A stretch of 64,000 nucleotides of DNA from Clostridia bacterium (GTDB lineage Bacteria; Bacillota; Clostridia; Oscillospirales; Acutalibacteraceae), in assembly GCA_017403065.1 (NCBI GenBank), contig JAFQOT010000006.1:33865-97864 (forward strand), written 5' to 3'. Below the pieces are notes generated by a model. The model was not told where the DNA came from. It ran no database searches and worked only from the letters and a program-made list of their open reading frames with translations. Shown piece after piece: positions 63,661-64,000 of this stretch. A program made the position numbers and the translations under genes. Position 1 is the stretch's first letter. Each line of letters begins with the position of its first letter.

Positions 63661-64000
63661 ATGCTACCGTACATTATTGGCGGCGTTGCGGCTCTTGTTT
63701 TTGCAGTAGTAGGATTTTTTGCAGGTTCTGCATACCGTAAAAAGTCTGCCGAAGCTACCATCGGCTCTGCCGAGGATGAAGCAAGACGTATTTTAAGCGA
63801 CGCTATGAAAAATGCAGCATCAAAGAAAAAAGAGGCTTTATTAGAAGCAAAAGACGAAATTCACCAGCTCCGTCAGGAAACCGAAAAGGAACTTAGGGAG
63901 CGCAGAAGCGAGGTTCAGCGTCAAGAGCATAGAATTCAACAAAAAGAAGAAACTCTTGATAAAAAGATGGATAATCTTGAAGCTAAAGAGGAAAAGCTTT
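63661..64000 (+). CDS. rny: ribonuclease Y, N-terminal part (truncated by the window end)
   Basis: ATG after AGGAGGTG. N-terminal TM helix then the coiled-coil ...EARRILSDAMKNA...EIHQLRQETEKELRERRSEVQRQE typical of RNase Y. Confidence 0.85.
   Translation, partial: MLPYIIGGVAALVFAVVGFFAGSAYRKKSAEATIGSAEDEARRILSDAMKNAASKKKEALLEAKDEIHQLRQETEKELRERRSEVQRQEHRIQQKEETLDKKMDNLEAKEEKL

Overview
64-kb chromosomal window from a low-GC Firmicutes/Clostridia-type genome. Supporting signs: sporulation-linked cwlD and ricT/yaaT, a Cheo-type SOS box, a T-box leader and CUT1-type sugar ABC loci. I support about 55 CDS, one tRNA-Arg(UCU), one T-box riboswitch, several sigma-A-like promoters and rho-independent terminators. 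I see no CRISPR, rRNA, integrase, transposase or phage genes. Layout: (1) 0-6.9 kb is housekeeping: yitT-like, then a minus-strand string lexA-rnhA-queT-trpS-holB-ricT-nadE, then mntP. (2) 6.9-11.1 kb is an AraC-controlled dehydrogenase/dehydratase/aldolase/MBL sugar-acid cassette. (3) 11.2-19 kb holds htrA plus a two-component system, radA, cwlD and a capD-like gene. (4) 19.1-24.5 kb holds uxaC-uxaA-uxaB plus an esterase-like gene (hexuronate catabolism). (5) 24.7-44.4 kb is a ~20-kb single-strand glycan capture/import locus. It has two ATPase-less ABC importers, a 962-aa CBM-fused binding protein, an NHL-TPR-Yip1 fusion membrane protein, a 750-aa lipoprotein of unknown function, a 1623-aa multi-CBM-like membrane-anchored surface protein with a recent internal duplication, and a GH16-like lipoprotein. 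(6) 45.7-47.6 kb is a YtrA-type GntR/ABC operon. (7) 47.7-48.2 kb is a peculiar array of mini-hairpins with a conserved heptamer tail, next to tRNA-Arg. (8) 48.25-55.5 kb is a T-box-controlled operon: a catalytically degenerate LeuA paralog, a TIM-barrel/adenylating-enzyme fusion, an amidohydrolase, metY and metA. (9) 55.5-60.9 kb holds oxidoreductases, AraC, GH28 and a GDPD-like protein. (10) 61-63.3 kb is a CofE-like gene plus a GATase-less GuaA-like gene behind a structured leader; the rny 5' end follows. The best candidates for undescribed biology are (5), (8), (7) and (10). All functional calls come from motif and family recognition by eye; no searches were run.
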